64,000 bases of DNA from IMG/VR virus record IMGVR_UViG_3300020165_002937, one strand, 5' to 3'. The DNA comes from a virus. The notes under the pieces were generated by a model. It searched no databases. It worked only from the letters and a program-made list of their open reading frames with translations, and was not told the origin of the DNA. The translations under genes were made by a program, and so were the position numbers. Below, piece by piece: positions 40,014-48,776 of this stretch (its first letter is position 1; every line of letters begins with the position of its first letter).

Positions 40014-40267
40014 AAGATGGTTTATTACCTTGCTCGCGGGTCTGTCGTCTAAAAGATATAAACTGCCCTAATGACGAATGCCGGCATTGGATTGATTTTG
40101 AAGAAGATCACAACTGTTGTCTAATCGCAATATACGAAAATGGCCCAATGACTCTTAGGAAGATAGCAGATCGAATAGGTCTGTCATTTGCTAGAGTAAA
40201 GCAGATAGAAACTGCAGCGCTCAAGAAGTTAAAAAGTAACCCGCTAGCGAATACTTTTTTATTTTGA
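40010..40267 (+). CDS. Stand-alone sigma70 region 4 HTH protein with Cys-rich N-terminus
   Basis: 'MTLRKIADRIGLSFARVKQIETAALKKL'. Confidence 0.8.
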   Translation: MKDGLLPCSRVCRLKDINCPNDECRHWIDFEEDHNCCLIAIYENGPMTLRKIADRIGLSFARVKQIETAALKKLKSNPLANTFLF

Positions 40268-40325
40268 GGTATTTAAGGAATATCAACACTATTTATTGGT
40301 GAGTTTATTTAAGGAGAAAATTACA

Positions 40326-41090
40326 ATGGCTCGTAAGAATTTATTAACAGAATCAGAGATCCGCTCGTTTATGAAGTTGGCAAACTTGAAACATATCGGC
40401 GCACCTCAACTAGACGAGATGGCGATCCCATCCACAGATATTGAAGAAGAAATGGAAGATGAACTTCCGCCCGAAGTTGACGTCGAACTCGATGACGACG
40501 CCGGAGACCTCGATCCCGATCTTGGCGCCGCTCTTGCTGGCGACGATGACATGGGTGCTGAGAGCGCCGAGGACCTTGTGGTCTCAATTAGCAACGACTT
40601 AGAGAAGCTGGCTGGTATGGCTGGTGTTGACGTCGATGTTGAAGACGAGACTGACGACGATGGCATGGACGCTATGGACGATTCGGAGTTACCGATGGAC
40701 GATGAAGAGCCTATGATGGAAGCTGACGAAGAGAATCTTGAAGAGTTCAACGCCAGACAGCAACGCACCGGTTCACCGAAGAGCGCGTACACCCGGCCAA
40801 AGGCTAGAACATCATCATTTGGCGCCACAGGCCCAAAACTCAAGGGAGACGACAGTGAAGCGCTGCCAGCAACAGATCCAGCTGACGATCCGGATGCCCG
40901 AGACCCTCGTGGCGGCCCTGCTAAAGGTCGTAGACCCGGAAAGCCAGGAAGTCAATTTAGGGGCGTAAATGAAGATGCTATTGTTGCTGAAGTCGCTAAG
41001 CGCGTAGCCGCTAGACTTCAAGATGGCAAGAACAAGCAAGAATTAATCGAAAACTTAACTGAAAAAATATTAAATAGACTCACTAAATAA
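40326..41090 (+). CDS. Acidic prohead core/internal protein-like
   Basis: 'LLTESEIRSFMKLANL', 'VNE', 'LTE'; late motif at 40288; AAGGAG RBS. Confidence 0.5.
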   Translation: MARKNLLTESEIRSFMKLANLKHIGAPQLDEMAIPSTDIEEEMEDELPPEVDVELDDDAGDLDPDLGAALAGDDDMGAESAEDLVVSISNDLEKLAGMAGVDVDVEDETDDDGMDAMDDSELPMDDEEPMMEADEENLEEFNARQQRTGSPKSAYTRPKARTSSFGATGPKLKGDDSEALPATDPADDPDARDPRGGPAKGRRPGKPGSQFRGVNEDAIVAEVAKRVAARLQDGKNKQELIENLTEKILNRLTK

Positions 41091-41093
41091 TCA

Positions 41094-41122
41094 TTGACAA
41101 TATTCTTGCGAGAAGTTATACT
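41094..41122 (+). promoter_or_regulatory. Sigma70 promoter followed by an ATAGCCAC/GTGGCTAT hairpin
   Basis: TTGACA-N17-TATACT. Confidence 0.6.
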
Positions 41123-41172
41123 ATAGCCACTGGTAATTTACTTACTGGTGGCTATTTATTTTAGAGGATTGA

Positions 41173-41580
41173 ATGGATTGGATTTTATATCTACTGGTGT
41201 TTGTGTTTGGCTACGTAACATGCCAAACGTTTTATTTTTTAAAATCATCTAGGCTAAGCTTAGGTGTGGTTAAGTGCGCAGAGATCGTATCACTATTATT
41301 GTTGGCGCGTTCTATCGAAAACTATGAATTCGCCGCCAACCACAAGTTAAAGAAGTTAATCGACACCGGTTTTAGCGATAACAAGATAAAAAACTATCGC
41401 ATAACAACAGAAGCCGAGATAACTATCTATAAAGAAGCTTCTATTGCTGCACTATTGTTGTGTTACAATGATCTGTTCAGAAATTTTTGTAAGTTTGAGA
41501 ATTGGGAAACAGCAATGAACTACTTAGAAGAGAACAAGAACTTTGCATATACATTTTTGCAATCAAAGGAGTCAAAATGA
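41173..41580 (+). CDS. Membrane-anchored hypothetical protein
   Basis: Hydrophobic N-terminus. Confidence 0.55.
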   Translation: MDWILYLLVFVFGYVTCQTFYFLKSSRLSLGVVKCAEIVSLLLLARSIENYEFAANHKLKKLIDTGFSDNKIKNYRITTEAEITIYKEASIAALLLCYNDLFRNFCKFENWETAMNYLEENKNFAYTFLQSKESK

Positions 41581-42236
41581 TTAAAAGATTGAAAGAAGCA
41601 TTAGAGTCGATAATAGAATCAGAAAAGTCCGAGGGCACCGCTCAGAAAATTATTTTGCTAGATCCAGCGTCCCTAGGGGCAGAGGAGCTGTCACAAAGCG
41701 CTGCACCAGAACTTAGAGCGATAGGTTTATTTTCAGATGTCGACGAAGAGAAGGTGGCCGAATTGGTACAGTCGATATTGTACCTAGATCTATCTAATGC
41801 TGATAAAAAAGAAGAAGATAGGGAGCCAATTGATTTTTATGTATCCACTTATGGTGGCTCAGCTGACGACATGTTTGCGCTGTATGATATAATGAGGCAA
41901 GCAAGAGAGACAACTGAGATTCACACGTTTGGTGTTGGAAAGGTCATGTCAGCCGGCGTTCTGATATTGGCAGCAGGGACCAAGGGTAAAAGAAAGATAG
42001 GCAAAAATTGCCGGGTCATGATTCATTCGGTAATCGGAGGCAATCATGGTTCGCTCCACAACTTAGTAAATGAGATGGGAGCAATAGAACAACTACAGGA
42101 CATGTATATCAGGTGTCTCGTCGAAGAAACAAAAATGACCGAGACTACACTGAAAAATATGCTTGAACGCAAAGTTAATGTCTATTTATCAGCAGAAGAA
42201 GCTGTAGAATTAGGCATAGCTGATATAATTATTTGA
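41577..42236 (+). CDS. clpP: ClpP-like protease 2
   Basis: 'STYGGS', 'GKVMSAG', 'MIHS', 'YLSAEEAVELGIAD'. Confidence 0.9.
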   Translation: MIKRLKEALESIIESEKSEGTAQKIILLDPASLGAEELSQSAAPELRAIGLFSDVDEEKVAELVQSILYLDLSNADKKEEDREPIDFYVSTYGGSADDMFALYDIMRQARETTEIHTFGVGKVMSAGVLILAAGTKGKRKIGKNCRVMIHSVIGGNHGSLHNLVNEMGAIEQLQDMYIRCLVEETKMTETTLKNMLERKVNVYLSAEEAVELGIADIII

Positions 42237-42245
42237 GGTTTTTGA

Positions 42246-44138
42246 ATGCATAACTTGCAAAACATTTTAGAAAAAGAGTATAAGAAAAAATCATCGGCTC
42301 AAAATTTTGAGACTTTGGTTGATCTAATTGAAGAGATTTTTGAAATTGATATCAATGAGGCTCCCGCAGTTACCGGCGCGCCCGATGTATCACAGTTAGA
42401 TGACCGAGCTGCACAACAGATGATTCTGAAGATGATCCCGGACATCGCAGTCTCAGAGATTGGATGGTCTGATGTGTCAACTAACGATAAAGGTGACGCA
42501 ATTAGTGGCCCACAAAGACAGCTGCTGGTCCAGTTTTTAAAGAACGTTGATGGCTCAGATTTTGCAGAAAGAATTAAATCAGTATCTAGCTTCTATACGT
42601 CTGGTGCGGATATGTATCAGCAGTCGGGTCTAGATAACGGTGATATGATAGCTAAGACTATTTCTTACTTAGTTTTCTATAAAACGCTCACAAAAATAAT
42701 TACTAACTTTAATGCGTCGTCAGCCGGCTTCAGTTTTGAATCTTTTTTGGCTGCATTGGTCGATGGTGAGCAGATCCCAGCTAATACCGGTACCATTGCC
42801 GATTATATCGACAAAGCAACCGGGACAGACATACCAGTAAGCTTAAAGCTCTATCGAGAAGGTCAACTGGAAGTTGGCGGAAGTTACACGGATCTTGTCA
42901 ACGATCTCGCAAACCCACAGTGGCCAGATTTTGGTAACAGAATGCGTTATGTCATTTGTACTAAAGTTCTCTCAGGGGATGGCTTAGAACAAGAAGGTCA
43001 AATAAAGTTTTGGCAGTTTGACTTTACTTTAGAAAATGTATTAAATATTTTAGCTAATAGCAAAGCAACTTCACAAGAGTGTATCCGGCTATCACGTGGA
43101 GTAGTTGGAACCCTCCAAGCTGGTCAGCGAAGAGACCTTGAAAATATCCTAGGACTTCCCGAAAAAGAAGTTTTCCCGCCAGCCGAAGAATTAGAAAGAG
43201 AATTCTCAGACTTCTTAAGAAACATTATTCGCAGCTATGCTCAAGCAAACCCACAATCCTACTTCAACAGGATAACACCAGAGGCTGAAAACGAATTGAT
43301 CAATGATCTTCAGTGGGCCCAAAATGGCAGCGACCCTCTGTTTTTTCCAATCACAATTAAGGTAAAGGACGATGAGTCTGGCGAAGTCCAGGTCATCGAT
43401 AAGGGAATCATCCGCGGCCAGTCTAAAATGGTAAGCAAAGCTGTTAAAGATTGGCTGGAAAGGAAGTATTCTGTGATCGAAAATGATGAAGAAATGCAGC
43501 AGCTTTTCCAAGTTACTGATGAGGATGGTTTTACAACAAAGGAAAGAAACCAGCTAGCACGTGAGTTCAAAGCTCAACTTGATAAGGCAATCCGCGGCGC
43601 TAACCAACAGTTGGTAGACAAATACAAACCATCTGAAAAGAAAAGCGAAAGAAATAGAATGCTTGACGATTATTTAAAAGAAGGTGAGTTCTTGTCACCT
43701 TCTGAATCGGCACGTATTTACGGACAGCTAAATTCAGATCAACAAAAGATAGCGCTATTGAATTCCCTAGGGTATCTCAGGACTCTGCACTTTTCTCTCA
43801 ATCAAAAACAAGCTACTAACCCAGAAAAGCCAAATTGGCAAAGTAGAGAAGAGCCAAACCCAAATAACCCCAAGAAGCCAAAGACAATAAGCGGCGGTAC
43901 CGGCGCGATATATTTGGGAGAAATAAACGTTGGCACAAAATATGTGGCCATGGCCATTAAGCAAGTCAGGGAGATACTAAACGAAAAGGTTGCCCAAATC
44001 TTCATAAGTCTCAAGACTTTGTCGGAAAGTTTAAACTCGTATTTTGCCGGCGGCCTAAAGAATGACTCCGATGCCGGCGCCGCTGTATCCAATGCAGAAA
44101 ATATTGTCACAAAAACTGAAAAAACACGCAATAAATAA
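42246..44138 (+). CDS. Hypothetical protein, possible PD-(D/E)xK-like nuclease domain
   Basis: 'GFSFESFLAAL...IADY...PVSLKL'. Confidence 0.4.
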   Translation: MHNLQNILEKEYKKKSSAQNFETLVDLIEEIFEIDINEAPAVTGAPDVSQLDDRAAQQMILKMIPDIAVSEIGWSDVSTNDKGDAISGPQRQLLVQFLKNVDGSDFAERIKSVSSFYTSGADMYQQSGLDNGDMIAKTISYLVFYKTLTKIITNFNASSAGFSFESFLAALVDGEQIPANTGTIADYIDKATGTDIPVSLKLYREGQLEVGGSYTDLVNDLANPQWPDFGNRMRYVICTKVLSGDGLEQEGQIKFWQFDFTLENVLNILANSKATSQECIRLSRGVVGTLQAGQRRDLENILGLPEKEVFPPAEELEREFSDFLRNIIRSYAQANPQSYFNRITPEAENELINDLQWAQNGSDPLFFPITIKVKDDESGEVQVIDKGIIRGQSKMVSKAVKDWLERKYSVIENDEEMQQLFQVTDEDGFTTKERNQLAREFKAQLDKAIRGANQQLVDKYKPSEKKSERNRMLDDYLKEGEFLSPSESARIYGQLNSDQQKIALLNSLGYLRTLHFSLNQKQATNPEKPNWQSREEPNPNNPKKPKTISGGTGAIYLGEINVGTKYVAMAIKQVREILNEKVAQIFISLKTLSESLNSYFAGGLKNDSDAGAAVSNAENIVTKTEKTRNK

Positions 44139-44194
44139 TTTGACAAAATTGACAAATGGGAATATAATATATACTATACTTACAAGAGGTTTTA

Positions 44195-45784
44195 ATGAGT
44201 AGAGAGTATGATAACGAGCAAAGTCTTCAAAAAAGAATAATGGCGGGTGCTGATGCAATTGCCGATAACGTTGGTTCCACGTTAGGGCCGAGAGGCCGCA
44301 ATGTGCTTCTAAAAGAAAAAGATGGCACGCCGTTTATTACCAAAGACGGAGTGACAGTGGCTCACTTCGTTGCATTAAGAGACGAGTTTGAGAACGCCGG
44401 CGCCGAAATCATAAGGCAAGCGGCGATTGAAACAAACAACAATGCAGGCGATGGGACAACAACTTCGACTGTGTTAGCGAGAGCAATTCTTCGTGAGTCA
44501 CAAAAATATATAGCTTCGGGAATTTCGCCGATAGAGATTCAACGAGGAGTACTTCTTGCAGTTAAAGAAGTCGCGAGCAACTTGAAGGATATGGCAAAGC
44601 CAGTCCGGACTGTTGAAGAAGTTACGGATGTCGCCTCGATATCCGCAAACAATGACAAGAGCATCGGCCGCCTCATATCAACTGCGGTTGATAAGGTTGG
44701 CCAAGACGGCGCCATAACCATCGAAGAGTCTCGCTCGCTTGAGACTAGCTTAGATATCATGGAAGGCTTTAGACTTAAAGCTGGCTACTGTGCTGGGGCT
44801 TTTGTGACTGATGAGCGCCGGGCTATCATGCAGCATGACGAGCCAATGTTTTTGATTACCGACTATAAAATAACAATGGTCGACCAAATTCTTCCAATTC
44901 TTGAGTTAGCGGCAAGAGAGTCTCGGGCACTTATTATTGTCTGCGAAGAGATAGAAGGGCAAGCATTAGCAGCCATCATTATGAATGCAATGCGGGGTTC
45001 CCTCAAAGTAGCAGCCATAAAGGCTCCGATGTACGGAGAAGAGAGAAGATCCATACTTGAGGACTTAGCTTCATCCACAGGCGCCAATTTCATTACCAGA
45101 ACTAGCGGTACGAAGCTGCAACAGGCAAAGCTAACTGACTTAGGTTCCGCCCAGAGCATTGAAAGTACCAAGCTGTCGACTACTATTATTGGCGGATCGT
45201 GCGATTATGAAGCAATCGAGACAAAGATCGAATCGCTTAAAGAGCAAATGAGAACAACAGACGAGTTAGCCGCGGCCACATCTATTCAAGAAAGAATTGC
45301 TAGGTTGGCTAGCGGAGTGGCGGTAATTCGTGTTGGGGGCGCCACGGCGGTAGAAGTTACGGAGAAGAAGCATCGCATCGAAGACGCACTAGAGGCAGTT
45401 CGTTCTGCGCAAGAGCAGGGTATTATCCCCGGTGGTGGTTGCGCGCTCTTGAGAGCATCCAGGACTATGACTATTAGTACCGTTCATGGAGAAGACCACA
45501 CAGATCAGATAGTCGGAGCAGTCATTGTCAAGAAAGCTTGTCAAGAACCTATTAGGCAGATGGCGTTAAACGCTGGCGAGTCCCCGGACCTTATAGTAGA
45601 TTCAGTCTTAAAAAAGGATACTGAATTTGTGTGGAACTTTAGGGCCGGCGAGCTGAGTGACTGTTACGAGTCTGGGATTATAGATCCCGTTAAGGTTACT
45701 ATTTCCGCATTACAAAATGCAGCTAGCTGTGCCAGCACGCTAATCACTACAAATTTTGGCATCATCCAGACAGAGGATAAGTAA
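44195..45784 (+). CDS. groL: Chaperonin GroEL
   Basis: 'TLGPRGRNV', 'ITKDGVTVA', 'AGDGTTT', 'IIPGGG', 'GIIDPVKVT'. Confidence 0.96.
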   Translation: MSREYDNEQSLQKRIMAGADAIADNVGSTLGPRGRNVLLKEKDGTPFITKDGVTVAHFVALRDEFENAGAEIIRQAAIETNNNAGDGTTTSTVLARAILRESQKYIASGISPIEIQRGVLLAVKEVASNLKDMAKPVRTVEEVTDVASISANNDKSIGRLISTAVDKVGQDGAITIEESRSLETSLDIMEGFRLKAGYCAGAFVTDERRAIMQHDEPMFLITDYKITMVDQILPILELAARESRALIIVCEEIEGQALAAIIMNAMRGSLKVAAIKAPMYGEERRSILEDLASSTGANFITRTSGTKLQQAKLTDLGSAQSIESTKLSTTIIGGSCDYEAIETKIESLKEQMRTTDELAAATSIQERIARLASGVAVIRVGGATAVEVTEKKHRIEDALEAVRSAQEQGIIPGGGCALLRASRTMTISTVHGEDHTDQIVGAVIVKKACQEPIRQMALNAGESPDLIVDSVLKKDTEFVWNFRAGELSDCYESGIIDPVKVTISALQNAASCASTLITTNFGIIQTEDK

Positions 45785-45996
45785 TGCAAGAAGGTGATCT
45801 CGTCCATATTCCACAGGGAACAGAGTTGTGGCTTGAGACTGAAAAAGGAATGAGAATGCGGATATCTGAAAAGCCTATAGCCGGGGTTTACTTGAGCAAG
45901 GCCAGTCAATATATATATCGCGTTTATGCCAATGGCAATTGGAACGTTAAGAGAAAGGACGTGTACCCGATGGGAGAAGATAATGGGGTTAGTTAA
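45784..45996 (+). CDS. Small 'GDLV'-type protein
   Basis: 'MQEGDLVHIP'. Confidence 0.5.
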   Translation: MQEGDLVHIPQGTELWLETEKGMRMRISEKPIAGVYLSKASQYIYRVYANGNWNVKRKDVYPMGEDNGVS

Positions 45997-46276
45997 ACTT
46001 ACGGAAGTGTGTCACAATAGCACGCTAACGACAAAACAGGATTATACATTGAGAGAGGTGTTTGTGAACCCCGAGCACGTAGTGATGATCAGGGAAGAAG
46101 CGCGCATGCAGCAATTAAACGAGCAGGGCCTTTTAGCTGAGGAGCTAGACCCCAGCCACAAGTTCACTAAGCTGACCATCAACAGGGGTCAAACAGGAAC
46201 AGAAATCGTTGTCGTGGGCGCCCCCCACATCATCGAGAACTCACTAAACAGTAGAAAAAGACTAATAAGAGGATAA
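45983..46276 (+). CDS. Hypothetical protein
   Basis: GGAG RBS before the ATG at 45983. Confidence 0.55.
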   Translation: MGLVKLTEVCHNSTLTTKQDYTLREVFVNPEHVVMIREEARMQQLNEQGLLAEELDPSHKFTKLTINRGQTGTEIVVVGAPHIIENSLNSRKRLIRG

Positions 46277-46277
46277 T

Positions 46278-46844
46278 ATGTCACGGATAAGTATACAATA
46301 TTCAATTGAAACCGACGAGCTTGAGAACGAAATGTTTCGGCTTATCGAAAATTCATTAAAGAAGCTAGACAGTGCTACCGAGAGCCTGCATGCTATAACA
46401 AAAAAATTCAAGGGAGATAACGCACTCCTTAGTTCGGAAACTACGGCTCGATTGTCACTTGTGAGGCAAAAGCTAGCAGATGTAGACTTTACTATAGGTG
46501 ACGCTACTAATATAATCGGAGGATATGTGAACTATCAGATTGAATCTCAAATGGCTGCAGCTAATGCGCCTTCTGAGATGTCTGAAAATTATTCACAAGA
46601 GGGCGCCCCGCCTTCCACTCCCACTCCGGAAATGTATGAGCATGAGCTTGAGGATCCGCAACTTAACCCATATACAAAGAACGGCACATCTGAAATGGTA
46701 AAAGATCTGGACGCATTTGAAAATTTAGTAGAAAAAATAACCAGCATGAGTGAAGATGAGTTGCACAAATTCCGCGGATTTTCTCAAGACCAGCTTTTAA
46801 GCAGTTTTATGGATTTAAAAGATTCTGCTGATAATGGGGGCTAG
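46278..46844 (+). CDS. Hypothetical protein
   Basis: 188-aa ORF with GAGG RBS. Confidence 0.55.
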   Translation: MSRISIQYSIETDELENEMFRLIENSLKKLDSATESLHAITKKFKGDNALLSSETTARLSLVRQKLADVDFTIGDATNIIGGYVNYQIESQMAAANAPSEMSENYSQEGAPPSTPTPEMYEHELEDPQLNPYTKNGTSEMVKDLDAFENLVEKITSMSEDELHKFRGFSQDQLLSSFMDLKDSADNGG

Positions 46845-46846
46845 TC

Positions 46847-47635
46847 TTGCGTAGCCCACTAAAAGAATATACTTCTCTTGCAAAAACGCTAACTCAGATC
46901 AAGAATATAATACCGCCTGATTCCTTTATTCACTCGACGGGCTTGTACGCAGCCGAGCTAGAACTTAAGCTGGCAGCCGATCGACGTATGGTCTTTGCTC
47001 ATTCTACAAATTGGCTTATCTATGAATTCTGGAAGGCGGTCATAAATAACCCCCAGACAGTTGCGCAGATCGCACTAGATTTAGCTCCAATCCCGACAGC
47101 ATATATGTTTAAATGTTATCAAGAAGACTGGCCCTGGTATGATGGCACTGAGCAACGCGCTGCTTTGACATTCTTACTAAACAGATATTCTAGCCTAAAT
47201 ATGGCCTCGGCAGGCGAATTAAAAGAAGAGCAGTTCCAATTTCATTATATTACTCAGCTATCCAAGATGCGATTAGAAAAAAGTCCATTTGATGTAGTCT
47301 ATCACCGAGATTCTGATACCAAAGGATTGCTAGAGCAAACAGCGAATGAAGTTCGTAAATATAAAAACGGCTACATGCTTCTTTTGATGAGAAAATATAT
47401 ACATGATTATTACGACGATGTTAGTACACAAGGTTATGATGTAGAACATTTTAGCCACCAGAACACACACAAGTTTCTACTGGAAACCAAAGATATTCGA
47501 TGGGTGGTAGCTTATAAAAATAGCGCCCAAATAAGAAAAATGTATGGAGACTACAACATAACTATGATCGATAAATACGGAAACTCAACAGCCGATAGTT
47601 TACAATGTGAGGAGATGATAATTGCCAACTTTTAA
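46847..47635 (+). CDS. Degenerate Dam (D12-class) methyltransferase-like protein
   Basis: 'LIYEFWKAV' and 'RAALTFLLNRYS' resemble the Dam target-recognition region; no FxGxG or DPPY. Confidence 0.45.
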   Translation: MRSPLKEYTSLAKTLTQIKNIIPPDSFIHSTGLYAAELELKLAADRRMVFAHSTNWLIYEFWKAVINNPQTVAQIALDLAPIPTAYMFKCYQEDWPWYDGTEQRAALTFLLNRYSSLNMASAGELKEEQFQFHYITQLSKMRLEKSPFDVVYHRDSDTKGLLEQTANEVRKYKNGYMLLLMRKYIHDYYDDVSTQGYDVEHFSHQNTHKFLLETKDIRWVVAYKNSAQIRKMYGDYNITMIDKYGNSTADSLQCEEMIIANF

Positions 47636-47975
47636 TATAATTTTTGCTTGTTTCTTGTTCGCTTTGGGGCAAACACTGGGCTGGTTCCAGCTAAACTCTC
47701 AATTTGTTTGGGAATGGTGGAAAGATAAGCCAATACTATCTGCTATTGTTTACTCAGTTCCTACGGGGATATGTTTTTGGTACGGCATTAAGCTGTGTTA
47801 CGAAGAATGGGGAGAAGTTTGGGGGCCTAGGTTTTTAATCTTTTGTATGTCATACTTAACCTTCCCAATTTTAACTTGGCATTTCCTAGGTGAGAGCATG
47901 TTTACTACCAAGACGATGGTATGTGTATTTCTTTCGTTTTTGATAGTTGGCGTCCAACTATTTTGGAGACAGTAG
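47622..47975 (+). CDS. Four-TM membrane protein (SMR/DMT-like)
   Basis: Four hydrophobic helices, 'FLGE', 117 aa. Confidence 0.5.
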   Translation: MPTFNIIFACFLFALGQTLGWFQLNSQFVWEWWKDKPILSAIVYSVPTGICFWYGIKLCYEEWGEVWGPRFLIFCMSYLTFPILTWHFLGESMFTTKTMVCVFLSFLIVGVQLFWRQ

Positions 47976-48734
47976 GTGAGCAAAATATTTCTTTTTGATG
48001 TCGATGGTACACTGACTCCCGCTAAGTCTAGGGTAGATAATAAGTTTTCAAAACAATTTTTAAACTGGATGGCCAATAAAGAAGTTTACATCGTTTCCGG
48101 TGGCTCCTTTGTGAGAATTATTGACCAGCTTGGTCTTGATATTGTAGGTAAAACTTCGGGTGTCTTTGCCTGTATGGGTAATATTTTTTATAGACAGATA
48201 GATAACATCAATCCAACTGGGTTTGATGATTGGCAGATAGTTTACGAAAATAAGTTTAAAGCGCCCCGGGGGTTGTATAAAGACTTGTGCGCTGCGGTAG
48301 AAGAATCAGGGTACTATACCAAAACCGGCAACCACTACGAAGAAAGAGTTGGAATGGTGAATTTTTCTATTGTTGGTCGAAATGCTAACGAAAAAGAACG
48401 CAAAGAATACGCTGATTACGATTCTGAATATAACGAACGTGCCAAGATAGTAGAGAGGCTAAAGCAAAAATATGATCGCCTCGACTTTGTAATTGGTGGG
48501 GCGGTTAGCATCGATATATTTAAAATAGGCTCGGATAAGTCTCAGGTAATCGACAAGTATTTTGAAGAAGCCATACAGTCAAATAAAATAGTTTTTGTTG
48601 GAGATAGAATAGAATTTCCCGGTAACGATTACTCATTGGCAACATCACTGCAGCAGCATCAAAATGGCTCTGTATACGAGGTTGAAAAATGGGAAGACAC
48701 TGCGGAACTATTAAAGACTAAGGCTTTTGCGTAG
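47976..48734 (+). CDS. HAD-IIB phosphomannomutase-like protein (eukaryotic PMM type)
   Basis: 'LFDVDGTLT', 'VSGG', 'EERVGMVNFSIVGRNA', 'IGGAVSIDIF', 'FVGD....GNDY'. Confidence 0.85.
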   Translation: MSKIFLFDVDGTLTPAKSRVDNKFSKQFLNWMANKEVYIVSGGSFVRIIDQLGLDIVGKTSGVFACMGNIFYRQIDNINPTGFDDWQIVYENKFKAPRGLYKDLCAAVEESGYYTKTGNHYEERVGMVNFSIVGRNANEKERKEYADYDSEYNERAKIVERLKQKYDRLDFVIGGAVSIDIFKIGSDKSQVIDKYFEEAIQSNKIVFVGDRIEFPGNDYSLATSLQQHQNGSVYEVEKWEDTAELLKTKAFA

Positions 48735-48776
48735 ATACTGATAAAAACAACTATTTATAGTGATGGAGTTTAATTA

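Noticed and set aside
31597-45784. Bacterial chromosomal DNA (dnaE, groEL, clpP, guaB-like)
   Set aside because: These genes are divergent, interleaved with phage genes on one strand, and share the phage promoter motifs
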